The notes: generated from the sequence alone by a model not told the origin. A stretch of 63,519 bases of DNA, filler included, from Choristocarpus tenellus KU-1152 (GCA_964200185.2; 11 parts of 11 records of this genome joined end to end with filler, not necessarily neighbours in it); one strand, 5' to 3'; shown: positions 25,241 through 39,096, counted from the whole stretch's first letter. Translations and numbers: made by a program.

Positions 25241-26419
25241 GTACTTCGAGGAGGTACCCTGTCAGACAAGGTAGCTGCCTTGACGCTAATGGTCCAAGAG
25301 AGTCCAATGCACAGACTGAGCACCTTGGACAGGCTGATGGACTTGGCACTCAAGAAAGAGAGGAGGACAGTGAGTTGGGGGCTTTTGTCGGGGTGTGGTC
25401 TGTTTGGTTGTGAGAGGGCTTGGTGGGGGAAGGAAGGGAGGGATTTCCTGTAACTTTTTTTTTGTTTTGAAGGAGGGGGGGGGCTGGGGGGGAAGAAGAA
25501 GTGAAGGGAGGGATTGTTGCGATTGTTTCATTTGGCATGATACATATATATATTTTTTATCAGGTGTAGTGTGTGTTTAATGTATTTTGTAATCAAGGAA
25601 GAGGTGATGCAGGTGGATGGACCTTGAATAGTGTAGCGTGTCATGTCCTTATATGTCATGTCCTTGCTGTGTGCAAGTGTGGTATTTAGAGTTTGGTACA
25701 AATTTTTCAATTTTCTTTTTCTTTGTCAGCACTTCAACTCCCTTGCAGATAACATGTGGGGTCGAAAGTGCTGAGCTCTGCCCAGAGCTTTGCCCAGAGC
25801 GACCCTCGTCCATAACATGGTGTACGTCTCACCCATTTCATGGTACATCTCTCTGTTGGGTTTCTCCTCCTCTCAACCTTGCCCCTTGAGGTGGGCTGAG
25901 TTTTAGGGGTGGGGTATATAGCACCAAGAGCAACATGAGCACCAATAGAATGACCCGAATATTTTGTTTAGCAAATAGAATCTCTGTGTTCTGCGACCTC
26001 CCCTAACCCTAGCCCTGAATACTGTTACTATTGTTGGCACTCACTAAGGTACCTCTCGATAAAATCACCCAACATTGAAACGCCCACCATGACCTTGTTG
26101 TCTCCCCCTGTTGCCCTTGGGCGACCGTCTCTAACTCTGTGGCCGATGACACCACTCTGGGGCTATCGTGAAAAAATTTGTTGGTGTGCAGGCACAGATG
26201 GCTATGGAGGCGTTGAAAGATTTATTTATAACTAACTTGTTGCCGGATGGACGAAAGCTGGTGGTATTTGAGGCACGGCCCCTGGACCAGGCTGCAGCTG
26301 CTGTGACTGCTACAAAAGGTTCTGTGGCTGGCTCTGGGGGAGGGGGAGGGGGAGGGGGGGGTGCAGGCGTTGCTCAGGCGGCAGGAAAGGCGCTTGTGAT
26401 GTGGTACTTTGAGAGTCAG
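25241..26419 (+). CDS. NOC1: NOC1/MAK21/CEBPZ 60S ribosome biogenesis factor; partial. Exons 25241-25369, 26192-26419
   Basis: VLRGGTLSDKVAALTLMVQESPMHRLSTLDRLMDLALKK spliced to AQMAMEALKDLFITNLLPDGRKL..LVMWYFESQ. These match the conserved GTLxD..A..L.Q, LLPD.RKL and LxxWYFE blocks of the family. Confidence 0.88.
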
Positions 26420-26572
26420 GTGATAACAACGATTATTTTATGCAGTAATTTATTTTAATTTCTGAATAGTTGGGAAAAAAATAGTTGTTGGAAGGGGGTG
26501 GGGGGACACTTGTGGTATATTGTATGTTACTACTTGCAGAGTTGTGTGGAAATATTCATGTGTGTGGGGTTT

Positions 26573-26611
26573 AACTCTAACCCTAACTCTAACCCTAACC
26601 CTAACCCTAAC
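26573..26611. repeat. Interstitial telomere-like (CCCTAA)n tract
   Basis: aactctaaccctaactctaaccctaaccctaaccctaac. Confidence 0.85.
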
Positions 26612-26807
26612 TACTTTGGGTTTGTATATCTCTTGGTAGGGCATGTTGTGCAAGTGCTGACTGCCGTTGAGTTTTTCGTCGCGACCCAATAGGTGTATGT
26701 AAATTGTATATATTACATTCTATTACGTGCGTGCGTGCATGCATGCATACATACATAATACATCAATAATATTTTGTAATTTTGTAAAAAAGAAACAATT
26801 TTATTAC

Positions 26808-26845
<38 letters not shown>

Positions 26846-27438
26846 TATTGTTGATTGCTCAGCTCCTTGCTGTACGATTTTGTGCACTACAAAAACGCCA
26901 GCCAGGAACGGCACTTTTTTTTTTTTTTGGGGGGGGTGGTGGTGNNNNNNNNNNNNNNNNNNNNNNNNNNNNNNNNNNNNNNNNNNNNTTAATTAATTAA
27001 NNNNNNNNNNNNNNNNNNNNNNNNNNNNNNNNNNNNNNNNNNNNCCCCCCCTCCCCCCCAGATACTTAACCCTGCACCGTTGATGAACTTGTAGAGGAGG
27101 TTTCCAGTCTGTTCCAAGCATATGACGTAGACATGCTCGAGAGGGTGCGGCAGAGTCTGCTCATGAGGTACAATCAGATGTTAAGGGCGCTGGGGGGGGA
27201 CGATTTCGAGGTAGAGCACACTGGACCCAAAAAAAGGCAGCAGGAGGGTGGGTTGGCTAGATCAGTCAAAGTAGACGGAGCGACCTCCGTGGCAGTCCCA
27301 GGTTGGTGAGTTGACAGTGTCAAATAAAGGCGAGACATAATTAGTTTATGTAAACTGTTCCAAGAAATCCAACACAAAGGTCCGTTTTGTAATCGACATT
27401 CATCCTGAAGAGCTGTAACTAATGACTGCGGAGGATCA

Positions 27439-27622
27439 GACTCAAAGTGTCTGGTATCTAGGGGAGGGGGGGGTCTACGCCAGGGTGTCCATTTGGGTTC
27501 TGACCAGGAAAGGTGCACTTGTATTATCCATCCAACACATGTAACCAAATCACCCGAAAATTGCGACATGGAAAAATAGACCCCAAATGGACAGTCACCA
27601 TCCCCCCCAGATACTTTGAGCC
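27439..27622 (+). mobile_element. MITE family B, full copy, TCA target duplication
   Basis: TIRs present; flanks tca/tca. Confidence 0.88.
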
Positions 27623-27829
27623 TCACCACCGCAAAGACAACCGGGTCGCATTTGATGGGGTTCAAAAACCTCGTGAAACTGTTGAAGCAGGTATTTATTG
27701 GGATGCCTAGGATGAAGGCCCCCCATTGTTCAAGCGCCTCGCTTATCCCATCGTCACCCATCGGTCCCAATTCTTTGTCCCAAAGGTCTGTCTAGGGTCA
27801 GGAGTCAAACACACTGACGAAGAAGAGCG

Positions 27830-28603
27830 TGATGGCACAATGCCTGGAGGTGAGAAGGTACGAGACTTGGATGCCTCAGGGGGGCAGCGGCGACCATTGT
27901 GGAGAATTTCCTTAATCACCCTGATCCGTCATCTGATGGAGTATGACAGCCAGATGCATAGGGTGAATGCATGAATTTTGTGCGATGTTGCAAGGGGCGA
28001 TGTGGTCGCAGTACATGTATCCTCGACTTTTGTGATGTTCAATCGGTACACCTCACATCCTTCCGCAAATGAGCAACCAAAGGTGGGGATCTATGCAAGC
28101 ATGAGAAGGTGAAGAAGGTCAAGGGGTAGATTAAGCCAGTCCTCTCAGACCAGCAGAAAGTCAATAGGGTGGGTTTCATCGTCAGCCACACACATAGGAC
28201 GGGGAAAAGTGAGGTACTAGTGTACAATCAATATTACTCGGTGCATGTGGACGATAAGTGGTTCTATGTCCTCAAAGATGGGCAAGGTCTATAGTGAAGT
28301 GCTGGGGTCCAAAGGGTGACAACGTCTTCAAAATTTCCCATCTTTGCAAGGAAATGACTGAGAAGGTGGGAAAGTTTCCCACGAATGCCCCGGTGGATGT
28401 GGCAAAATACTGTGATGGAATGGAGTTTTGGAGGGCTTCGGGGGTGGAATTATAGATAGGTGTAGGCTGCCCCATTTTGCTTGAGACTTTTGTGGCAACC
28501 TTTTGTATCTGCACAATACACACATTAAATAGGAACATGTAAAAACTTGCTTCTTCATTGGGGTTGCTATAGTTACGTTACAGTTAATTCCGAACGGAGG
28601 AAG
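27830..28603 (+). mobile_element. Plant-type (DD39D-like) mariner relic, internally deleted, with right terminus ACGGAGGAAG-TA
   Basis: IKPVLSDQQKVNRVGF..VHVDDKWFY joined to C-terminal GDNVFKISHLCK; contains in-frame stops; Stowaway-like end at 28594-28605. Confidence 0.8.
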
Positions 28604-30031
28604 TAACACCATTCAAAACAAGAAATTAGCGTGTAGAGGCGTAAGAACAGGAACGACGGACTAAAATTTCTAGGTACTCTAAAACACGTTTATTTCAGCG
28701 AGCGTGAGAGGTATGAGACTTCGCAACTAAATCTTGAGAACATGTTCTTAGAGGTGTTACTAACAATGGTGATGGGTGTACACACACTTAATTAAAAAAG
28801 ATCCGAAATTTGTGAGGGATGAAGTCGTTCTGATGAGTTAGGTGTAAATATGTCGTAGTAGGTCGTGTTTCCCCTATCAGATAGCATCGAATACTATATG
28901 GAATGCATCTCCTTTTTAACCTGTACTAGGGTTGAGCTTGATGGATTGTTGGTATTTGACATGTCCAACAGGCCCCCAATGGTGATCACCCTACACTCTA
29001 AGTCGTCCTGTGGAAGGACATCATTTGACCGATTTTGTCCGTCTCGGTTGGTAGTGAATTTCTTTGCGATAGTGAACCCATGGCTCTATTGTTCTGAGTG
29101 GTGTTGAAGTAGTACATACAGTGTTACGTCTGTACGCGATAGTGTTACATACATTTATCGTTTTGTTATCTTTGTATACATTATCTTCTGGAGTACGACG
29201 GAAGGCACGGATAAGGTGTACTGTTCCATTAAGCTTCCCATCGGGATCATTTTTTCCTAAAGATAAAATCACCAGACAGACCTCAACTTGGTTTGAGCAA
29301 CTTATCTGATATTGATCTCTTGGTACTCATTTAACTTGTCAATGAAATTTTTGTAAGCCCCATTATTTGCCTCTTTCTGTTTGTGATCAATATTGCCAAG
29401 TTCTTTGATCTCTGATTGGCTCTTACGCGAAACAGTCAACTAGAGTTAACAACCAAGAATTGAAAGCTTCTGTCCGTCAAACAAGAGTGTGGTACTGGGC
29501 AGTTCGTATGTCTTCACGAGACCCAGAAACGTGACTTAGCGATGCATTGGCACTGAGCAGTGCACTATGCCTTCCCCAAGTTGCAGAGGAATCCGTGGCA
29601 GTCTGACTCGTCCTGATGTAGCTCGATGTGCTCTCTTTGACGACCCAAGCGAGTCATTCATCAATTCCGTTCGCGGCTACATGCAGAAAAGTGATCACTC
29701 CGAGTCGGTCGCCAGGTTGTGAAGATCCAGGCCTCTATGCATGAACTCTCGATACAATACTTCCCCAGTCCTCGATTCATTAGTGAGAGATTTCCTCCTG
29801 GAAGAATGAGCTTGCTATGCTGCCTACCACCATAGCTTAACCCATGCATGCCCCCGCATTCCACGCCACTCACTTCTACATTATTGACTTCAGTAAACCG
29901 CAACGAAGCCCTCAAATGGTTCGAATTTAAAGCTCTAGAAACTGTTTAAATCCAAAGACCAAAGCATATGGACAAGGTGATACTGTCAATAAGCTACCGA
30001 GAAATATCTCCTCAAACTTGCACACGATCTC

Positions 30032-33000
30032 ATGTCCCCGGTTCGTCTCTACGGCAGCTTGAAAAAGTACAAGAAACCACCTTACCAACTCCAGCATAGC
30101 AAACCTAAACGAGGACTCAGTTCAAAACTCTCAAGTGGAAAAACGGTGTCAACCAATTCAAGTCACAAAAGAAGAGACCCCTACACCTCCCACCATGCCT
30201 CTACCAAACGGACATGGACAATGGTCCCAGAAGAAACGTTGTCGGAAAGAGCTGGGAAACTGGAAGGGAACGCTCACACGAATGACAGGAGACTCCAGAG
30301 CACCCGTATGCTCTATAATGGGGTAGAGTAATCCCTCTGATGCATTAAGGGACTTGGGATGACTTACTGGGGAGAGAAACTAGTAGATACAGCATTACTG
30401 AACTCAAAGTCGAGGTTGGGAGAGGTTGCCCGCTTCTTGACTTGCTACATGAATAGGTCGTCTTACTAGTGCTCTGTCGCAGTCATATTTCGTACTATTG
30501 ATGTTCCTTGTAGCTTTTTTCTCTCAAAGAGGGAAGTTAACCTTTTCGATCTCACGTCTTTTCCCTTCTGCAAGAATTTCTTGTTAAAGTTTTGAGTCCT
30601 AATGCGATCACTGAATGTTATGAGGAATACAGCTATTGAGTACCCCTAGGGTCAGCTAACGACATGAGGACGAAAATAGACATAACTTGAATAATGTTGG
30701 GGGTCAGCATGCAAAGATTAATTTCAACATTTGCAGGAAGTATCACGATTTGTTGCCGATAGTGCGGTCATTTTATGCTAAGTTTGAAATGCCTTAATAC
30801 CACAATGACAGCGTAGAACACCTGCATTCAGTCCTACTATGGATCTTGCCAACATCCATCTGGACTTTCTCACATCGAAAGCAAATGAAACATCACCTCA
30901 CTACACCCCTGTTCTATAGTTCTATGGCGGACATTTTTTCCCCTACACGCTTTACCCTTTTGTCCAGCCTCCAACCCAAGCAAAACTTCTCACGTACTTG
31001 TGTATCATTTATCCGCCCCAAGGCTGGATTCCTGCCTGACATCAACGACTGGCGTGGTAGGCTTCTGCTTCAAGCCATGCAGGAAACAGGCAAGGAGATG
31101 AGGAGGAAGAGGAGAACAGTGAAAGAAGTTCTTGCCAGGCATTGTAGGGACGACAAACTTCGTAAATTGCGCATGTCCAGGTGAATATGTCAGTTGGTCC
31201 TCAAAAAGAGAGGCTCTGCACCATGCCTGATAAACCGAAGAGGGTTGTTCGTTTGTCACCACAGAGGAAAAATGCTCCCTAGTCTAACCCAATTTCCAGT
31301 GCAAGATTCTAGTTCTGATTCACTGCCAAAATCTTCCCTCCAGTCACATACCAGGCGAAGAATACTACGGAGATCCATCACTCAGTCAATCAGTTATTCC
31401 TGCAGACTGTCGTGGGATCTCCAAGTCTGAGTTCATGAGTAGTCCCCCAGACGATGGGATTTCCAGGAAAAATGGGTCAGATGATCTCAAAGGAAGAAAA
31501 AGCGGTACAGATAAGGAAAAGCTTTGTGGTGGTGGTAAGGGAAAAATTGGGAAGAAGTTGGCATCGAGCAAGGATGTCAGGAAGAGCATGGACAATTTGA
31601 GTGGGAAAATACATGCTCTGAACGAGGCAAACTCCAATACTATGTCAGCAGGAGTTGACAAGTCTCCTGTTGAAAATACTAGCCTGAACACTAAACATAT
31701 CCCCTGCCAAAATTCCGCTTTAGTGAAAGCGGGTGCTGGGGGAATTTCACCTAGGGGAAACTCAAGCGAGTCTGTCAAGGTCGCTTCATCACTTGGTGGA
31801 ACTGTGGACTCTAAATGTGTCAGTGGTGTAGTTGACGGGGAAAATAATTCTGGGCTTGTTTTTGTTGACAGCGAGATGAAGCCAACGGTGGGCCTAACTG
31901 TTGGTGAAGGAGAAGTGGAACGGCGCACCTCTCTTCATGCAATTGTTGGGACTGCTGAGTCTGACACTGGAGACTGTTCTGCAGCAACAAATTTTGCGAC
32001 TGATCAGCACAGCCCCTATGTCCTGGAGGGAAGTGGATATCCTTCGACCCCAAGAAAAGGCTCAGCCACCTACAACGAGCACAGGACTGAAATGGCCGTT
32101 CAGGCTTCCTTACAGGGAGAAAAATCTGTTTCAGGTATGATCAACAATGATCAATATGACAATGGTGTACTCATGCCACAGAGTTCTGTTGATATGATGG
32201 AGAGTTCTGCCTTATGTATTTCAGGCATATCAAGTGTGGAATGGTGCAAGAGCCCAATATACTTTGAAAATTACATACTTATTCCACATGCCCAGGTGCA
32301 TTTTTGCTTATAGATTTTCTCTTTACAGTAGCAGTCATTCCAAGGTCAGAAACAACAGCACTGTATCAATATAGTTGCGAGAATAGGGGACATAAACAAA
32401 ATATACAGATAGTTGATTTATTGATGCCCACCATGTCGCATCAATCCAACAAGGATACAATCACATGCAGCATTTCCCCCCCCCACCCCTGGATCTCATC
32501 GTTGTAAAAGGCAATAAACCAGTCAACCTCATACACATTAGTTCGATGTACTTGGAAACTCTGCAGTGGAGAAGCATGTATTGCACAAATGTGTTAGTTT
32601 TTGATGGCACCTTAACATCAACCTTTTCCCCATGAACGAGTAAAGAGATCTCCTCTATCTGTCATGGTCATTGGTATTGACAAAGCTAGAAGTTGGGTAT
32701 TTTCTTTTTTTTGTCTGATTTATCCAACATAGATTTATTCCACGTATGTAACCCCTTTATCCGTCATCTTTCGTTCCCTGATAGTGGCCTATTCTGCTGT
32801 TTAATTTCTGTTTGAAATACATTCAGTTGTTGAGCACAGCATCACAGATTCCTCTAAACCACCTGAGAATACAGCTTGCACAGGGAGTGATGCAAATCAT
32901 GCCGTGAGAGCATTTCCATTTTCCCCCATCCGCGGAACTTTCCAAGATGAAGAGGATGGTCCTGTCAAGCCTGCTGTCCAGGAGAGAAAAGTTTCACCAT

Positions 33001-35427
33001 TCTGTTTCCCTTCAATCGTTGCCTTAGCAACCAATGCCGCCTCCTCCATCTCTTGCCCTGAACCTCACACCACTCTCGTGGGAGATGGCAGCCAAGGCAG
33101 CAACGGTGATGGTAGTGATTTTTCGGGAAAGAGTGATACTTGTTGTCGGGCCTTAGGGTCTTCCTGTAATGGAGAAGAGGATATTATAGAAGATGCTACG
33201 CAGGCTCGGATTAGTTGGATGCGAGTACGGAATAACATGGCTATCAAGGACATCAAAGAAAAACACAAGTCCGTTGACCAGCTTCCTGATAGAGGTTTGG
33301 GGCGACAGGCTCTCTTGCTTCACACAAAATCCACCACCAACCGACAAGAATTTTTTGGCGTTTTTCGAAGAACGGCCCGTCAGGTAAGAGACTACCTAAG
33401 ACGATGAGACAACAATGTTCAAGGTTGAGGGTGTGGGTGATACGTTACAGTCCAAATGCACTACATTTTTACTCAATGTGAGATTTGTGCCGTCATGTTG
33501 GTTCACAGTATAGTTGAAACCAAAGATTGTGATAGTGGTCCCATGATGGACGATGACCTCTCCTCCTTGCTATCACAGTCTGTCGATGCTGATGATGCTC
33601 TGTGAGGAGCCTTGTTCCTTGTGCAACGGCGTAGGCGTCAAGTATCTAAGAGGGTAGAGCACCGTCCATTTGCGGGCCAAAATCCAATGTTACAGTTTTG
33701 ATGTAATTTTGGCTATCATGTTTGTTAGGAAATATCAATACCCTTCTTCCAGACACACCTTTTCATAACGTATACTCCAATACGTTTTACCTACTCCGAA
33801 AGGTTATGGAGTGGGTAAAATGCCATTAAAAACCCGCGGGAAGCCAAGCCCCAAATGGACAAACATGTAAAACCTCGTACCCCCTAAGATACTTTAACCC
33901 TGTAGTATAAAAAAAAATGGTTATGGTGACTCTGTTCCTATGTATTGTCTTGGCTTAGAGTTCATTAATATAGGAGCGTGGAAACAGAAGAGAACGGGGG
34001 AAGGACCTGAATCCCCTTTCCTATTTTTTTGTGCAATGCTCAATCTAGTTGAATCAAAACCTGTGTGTACACCTTGCTTACTACCTGATACCTATCAACA
34101 GCCATGTATGTGTGAACAGTTTACACACAAGTAGTTCGTTCTACAGTACTTGGCTTGAATGAAAGCGTGGTCCAACCTACACCTGGAGTAGGTGTGTCAG
34201 GGGTCAATCTATGTTAAGGGGGAGTATAGACTCATCCACATATAAACTCTTATCCAATTATGACTCAGTCTCCATCTCACTCTCGGTGCACATAAGACGG
34301 TTGCATGTATTTGATTGGTGTAGGTCGGACTGTTGTACCAATATACAGTGGGGTGTCATATGTTTCAATGAAACGATTCTTCATGAATTGTCTGATACCT
34401 CATCAATCTCTTGGCATGTCACATGCAAGGATATTGAACTAGTAATGGGGGTGGAAAGAACAAGATTGTGTAGCAACTTGCAAGATGGAAGTGGAAAGAG
34501 TTTGAGAGGTTGCTATGTAAGCGAAGGGCATTGACAGATAGATTCCGGGTGTTTCATCTGAAGAAGTGGGATTACCTCTAAGATGATTTTCGGAGTTGAT
34601 TCGAAAGTTCTGCCTGTCAAAACCTCAAAATAGCTGGATCAGGGTAGAAAATAGGGATGTATGGTGTCTTCATGCTTGATGCTGGATCAGGGTGGGGAAA
34701 ATTGTGAATTTTGGTAGATGTCAGCATCAGGGAGACATTAGTGGTGCATTGTGTTTTCAGAATAAACTAAGACAGCGGCCTAGTTCCAAACCTGCAGAAC
34801 TAATTGCTTGAAACAAATACATTGCAGTATTATCACTGATACTAATAGCATCTGTACTGTGTTAGGTGGAGGTGGTTGACGACAACAGCTCCCTGGAAGA
34901 AGAGGGGCGGACTCCACGACAGGTGATGAGCTCTTCTTCCACTGATTTCTTCTCCACCTACCTTAGCAGAAGGGAGTTGGGTTCACACTTATATAACCAC
35001 ATCTGCCCGAGTCGTAGCCACCCACAAAGAGGAGGAAACCATTGCTACCAGTTTACAAACAATACTCCATTGCGCTATGTGAGGCACTTCATTATTGCCT
35101 CTCAAGTAATTATGAAGCGGGCTAGTGGGAAGGATGTATCACTAAACTCTTTTGTCATAAATTAGACCAAACATTAGAGTTGTGAAGAACCAGCGCTGAT
35201 CCTATTCGGTCACAAATCCAATTTACCGTGAATAGCTCATAACTGAAAAAACATTTTGACCAACTATTTGTTTTTTGCTCACGTCATCTCTGTGTGTACA
35301 AGCACACCTCAACATTCTTGTTTGTATTACAATAGATGGCATGCGTCTCCACATGCAAAATGTCAGCCTCGATATTTTTTGCCTCAGTCAATGCCCCTCA
35401 CCAGCTGGGAGGCCATTTCTCTTGCAG
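30032..35427 (+). CDS. Hypothetical low-complexity, Ser/Lys-rich multi-exon protein. Putative exons 30032-30322, 31023-31180, 31344-32134, 32827-33383, 34866-34922, 35336-35427
   Basis: The long ORFs (292 aa, 167 aa) can be linked by GT-AG introns with matching phases (0,2,1,0,0). No domain recognised. Confidence 0.5.
33634..33900 (+). mobile_element. MITE family A copy
   Basis: Family sequence; flanks cgta/tgta. Confidence 0.88.
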
Positions 35428-36235
35428 GTTCATCCCTTGCCAGCCACGCGCTCCCTCAGTAGCCATTTGGTACGACCTAGAGGATAAATCGCAATAAACC
35501 CGGCGAGAGCTGAACCGTTTATGATAGAAACTCGCAATTCCTCTCGGTTCACAACTCCACAAAGCATTAATTTTGGTTTCAAAGCTACTGGTATAGCTGA
35601 CAAGAAAAAAAATGGCTGTAGTTTCCTTCGAACTTTCAGCAGTTTCAGGAACTCGGACTACTGACCACCTACACAGAGAGGTTGAGAAGGAAAAATGCTT
35701 GTAGTACTGCAAATTGCACTGCAGGAATCGGGTTGGGAGTAGAAGGATGGGGTGACAAACAGCATTGAAGGAGAAGTCGTCGTTGCCAATTTAGGGGGGA
35801 AAAAAATGGATAGGTAGCATCGCTATGATATAACGTACAGATCAAATTTGATCTTGTAGTTTGTGACCAGTTGTCTGGGGAAGATTGTGCATGTGCTGAT
35901 TGGGCTGTATGCTCTATATTCTTTCAACCAATCCCGATTCTTTGGATGAGGACTTGACTTTGAAGTCCCGACCCAAAGTGTCTGGGAGGAGGGGGGGTCT
36001 ACACCAGGGGNNNNNNNNNNNNNNNNNNNNNNNNNNNNNNNNNNNNNNNNNNNNTTAATTAATTAANNNNNNNNNNNNNNNNNNNNNNNNNNNNNNNNNN
36101 NNNNNNNNNNCTTACAAGCACTTTTTTGCTTGTCTTTAAAGAGTACTGCCCGGGATGATTGCCTTAATATTATCAGGTAAATCTTCCTCTCTTCTTCCCC
36201 CCATGCACAGGCTTCCCCTGTTATTCAAGGCACAG

Positions 36236-36389
36236 ATTCTTGTTATGGAGAATTCTACAGTAGTAGGACATTATGGTTGCTGTAAATGAGACACTAGATT
36301 AGTACTTGGCACATATTCTTGTCATGGAGAGTCTACAGTAGTAGGACATTATGGTTGTTGTAAATGAGACACTGGATTAGTACTTGACA
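36236..36389. repeat. ~78-bp tandem duplication
   Basis: attcttgt..ctacagtagtaggacattatggttg..attagtacttg occurs twice. Confidence 0.88.
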
Positions 36390-36879
36390 GGGTTATCTTA
36401 ACATCTTCGTCTGAGTTCGCGTAATTCTGTGGTACAAGGACCATATACATAAGATACAAGAGAGACATTGCAATGCACAGAGGAACCCTTTTTTCGTTGG
36501 GAGGCACTGAAATATATGTACTCTCATCTTTCCACAATTCTGCGACATCATCAATTTCCACTGTGTGTTTTGGGGTCCATCTTCACAAATTTCTTAAGTA
36601 ATGTATGACTCAAATTGAAGATTTGGTTCAAATTGTTTGGAGAGGATATTTAATTTTACATTTTTATCCTCAAATGGTTCTGAATATATTCCGAGAAATG
36701 GAACCGTAAAACGATCCTTTTTCTGACCTGTTGTAGTGGCTACGCTGTGGCTGCCAGTCGGTACAACAGGCCCACATTGTCACACTATATATCAGCACCT
36801 CGCCGTAAGTCGTACAACTCTCACTTAGCCTCTAGGTCATCTGCGCGCGAGCCCTTGTAGACAAGCGGCAAGGAACCGC

Positions 36880-37580
36880 ATAAATTACTCAAGCGGCCTC
36901 AACACGACTCGTACCAACAAAGGATGGCTCTACCTCATCTGCAATGGGAAGCGTGTCCGCATGTTCCCCAGGGAGGAAAGGATGGGCTCCACCAAGGTAC
37001 AGCACAAGAGTCACATTACTAGGATGATGTTAATCTGCGCTGTTTCGCGCCCAGATCCTTCCTGCGATCTCAACAGGAAAATCGGAAGCTGGCGTGTTTG
37101 TATCATTAACTAGGTGCAGAGGAAATCCGTCCGCCGCGAGAGGGGGCAAACGTACGGCTTTGATGTGACCATCAACACTCAGTGGTATTGGGTGCGGTTA
37201 GATGGTGACCTTTCTCCCTATATTGAAGGAAAACATGCCGTGGTTGGAGGGTGAGGTGGTCGCACAGCAGGATGAAGTGACCCCCATATGGGAAAAGAAA
37301 CGCTGTGGAAGCTCAACGAAGTCAGGAGAGAGGGGGGGTGGAACATCAAGCTCATAACGCAGCCTGCGTAGTCACCTATCTCAATATCAACGATTTGGGG
37401 TTATTTGCATCTTTAAAATGTGGAGTTTGGAGAGAGAAGTCACAGTATGATAGACAAACTTGTGAAGGGGGAAAAGAGTGTATGGCGTGTACGACGCATT
37501 AATTACAGATAGGATGTGACAGTGTCACTTCAAGCGGTAGAGGGTAGCAATTTCAAGGTACAGCACAGCGTAACTAAGAA
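36880..37580 (+). pseudogene. Degenerate plant-type mariner transposase
   Basis: KVQHKSHITRMMLICAVSRP..KIG.W..QRKS.RR.RG, QQDE, QPA*SP/LNINDLGLFASLK, GSNFKVQH; stops and frameshifts present. Confidence 0.82.
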
Positions 37581-38274
37581 AGACAGCATAAGAAAAAGTC
37601 TGGCTAAATCAGTTAGAATCAACAGAGGGGCTTACAACGGGGGGATGGATTGGTGGATTGATGGGCACCAGGAAAGCGACGAAGAACGATTTCACGTGAA
37701 AAACATCATGACATTCAACATAAAAAAAGTTTTCATCCAAGGTTATCTTGAGAAGCTACTCCCGTAATGTCGCAGACTTACACGACAGAGCGAGTATATA
37801 TACTTCAAGTATTTTCTAAAACCTAACCCAACCTGAGTCAAGTAAACGAGAGGTACCCACAATTCCATTCTGAGTATGTTCAAAGATATGTACAAAATTT
37901 GACATATTTCACGAGTTTATGTAGGACATTTTCAGAGGTGTGCCAGGAAAGCTTAACAAAATAGAGAATTAAACACTATCAAATCAAACTTATAACTTCG
38001 TCCATAAGGATATGGACGAATTGAAAAGATTGAAAAACAAACTCAAAATGCAAATCGGTCAAAACACAGAAAAATCTCGCGCACTTTGACTCCCAAACCC
38101 TAATGCCAAACCCAAGCCTAAACCTAATCTTAAACTTGTGATTTAAAAATATGCCTTAAACCTTACTGGGAGAAATTTCACAGCACTGTGGTACAGGAGA
38201 ACACTGTGGACTGGGGAACCACCACCTCTCAACTGTAATCTCATTTTCACGTTTTCACGCACATCTTCCAAAAC

Positions 38275-39096
38275 CTAACCCTGGCTACCCATCTTACAGC
38301 TATTGCATCCTAACATCTGTACAGAGTGTCCACATGTCTGTACGGGGTTGACATTATTCTTTGCTTTTTGTTCCTTCCGTGTACATCCCAAGTCAAGGAC
38401 CTTGGCACCTGCAAGAAGGCTATCACAGTTCCTGCATTCCACACTGGAGGTTACACTGTACGAGGCAGTCAAAGGCTTCTTCCACACTTTTTCAAATGCG
38501 CTACGCACAGTGATGTCTTCACCCAGATATAATGCTAATACTAGGGCTTCAAAGTCTTTCTCCCTTCTTCCCGGAATTTCAGTCCTCGCAACTAAACTAT
38601 CTGGGCGGTAGTCTTCCCGAGACATGTGCTCTGTCTCTTCCTTTGCCACTTGTTTCCTCATGCGAAGCTTGTTCACGAGCACTCGGCGGAATCCGACATA
38701 GTCTTGAGGTTGCCAATGCATGCGCGGCAAAAGGTACACAAAATGATGGCGAGACTTGATTGAGATCAGTTGTACTCTAGGGCAGAAGTGCACACGACCT
38801 GCCCTACAACCACGATCAACATCCGAACCACTTGGGCTGGGCTGGCCGCCTGACTTCAGGCAAGACTTGATGACCTTCGCTGGAGCCTTCTTCGCCACCC
38901 CATTATCGAGGCAAAATATCTTCAGCAAGAAATCGCCCAAGTCCAACAACGATGACCTTTCCCACGCAGGAGTCGAGGAGGGGACCTCATTGCTGTAACA
39001 TTCAGGCTTGCATGATTTCTGTCGTCTCCACCTCTGTTTCTTTATGAACATGATTGATAGCAGAGGTGTGGCACCATGCCACACGTGGCCAACCAC
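38275..39096 (-). CDS. Hypothetical protein with KSCLK and RVHF (RVxF-like) motifs
   Basis: 273-codon uninterrupted ORF containing KSCLK..RVHFCPRVQLISIKSR..HWQPQDY. A homologous inverted copy lies at 40570-40747. True start uncertain. Confidence 0.5.
   Translation of the reverse strand: MVGHVWHGATPLLSIMFIKKQRWRRQKSCKPECYSNEVPSSTPAWERSSLLDLGDFLLKIFCLDNGVAKKAPAKVIKSCLKSGGQPSPSGSDVDRGCRAGRVHFCPRVQLISIKSRHHFVYLLPRMHWQPQDYVGFRRVLVNKLRMRKQVAKEETEHMSREDYRPDSLVARTEIPGRREKDFEALVLALYLGEDITVRSAFEKVWKKPLTASYSVTSSVECRNCDSLLAGAKVLDLGCTRKEQKAKNNVNPVQTCGHSVQMLGCNSCKMGSQG

Noticed and set aside
24207-25353. Many short ORFs rich in Y/I/C/V/H/T
   Set aside because: These are translations of (TA)n, (CA)n and (TACA)n microsatellites.
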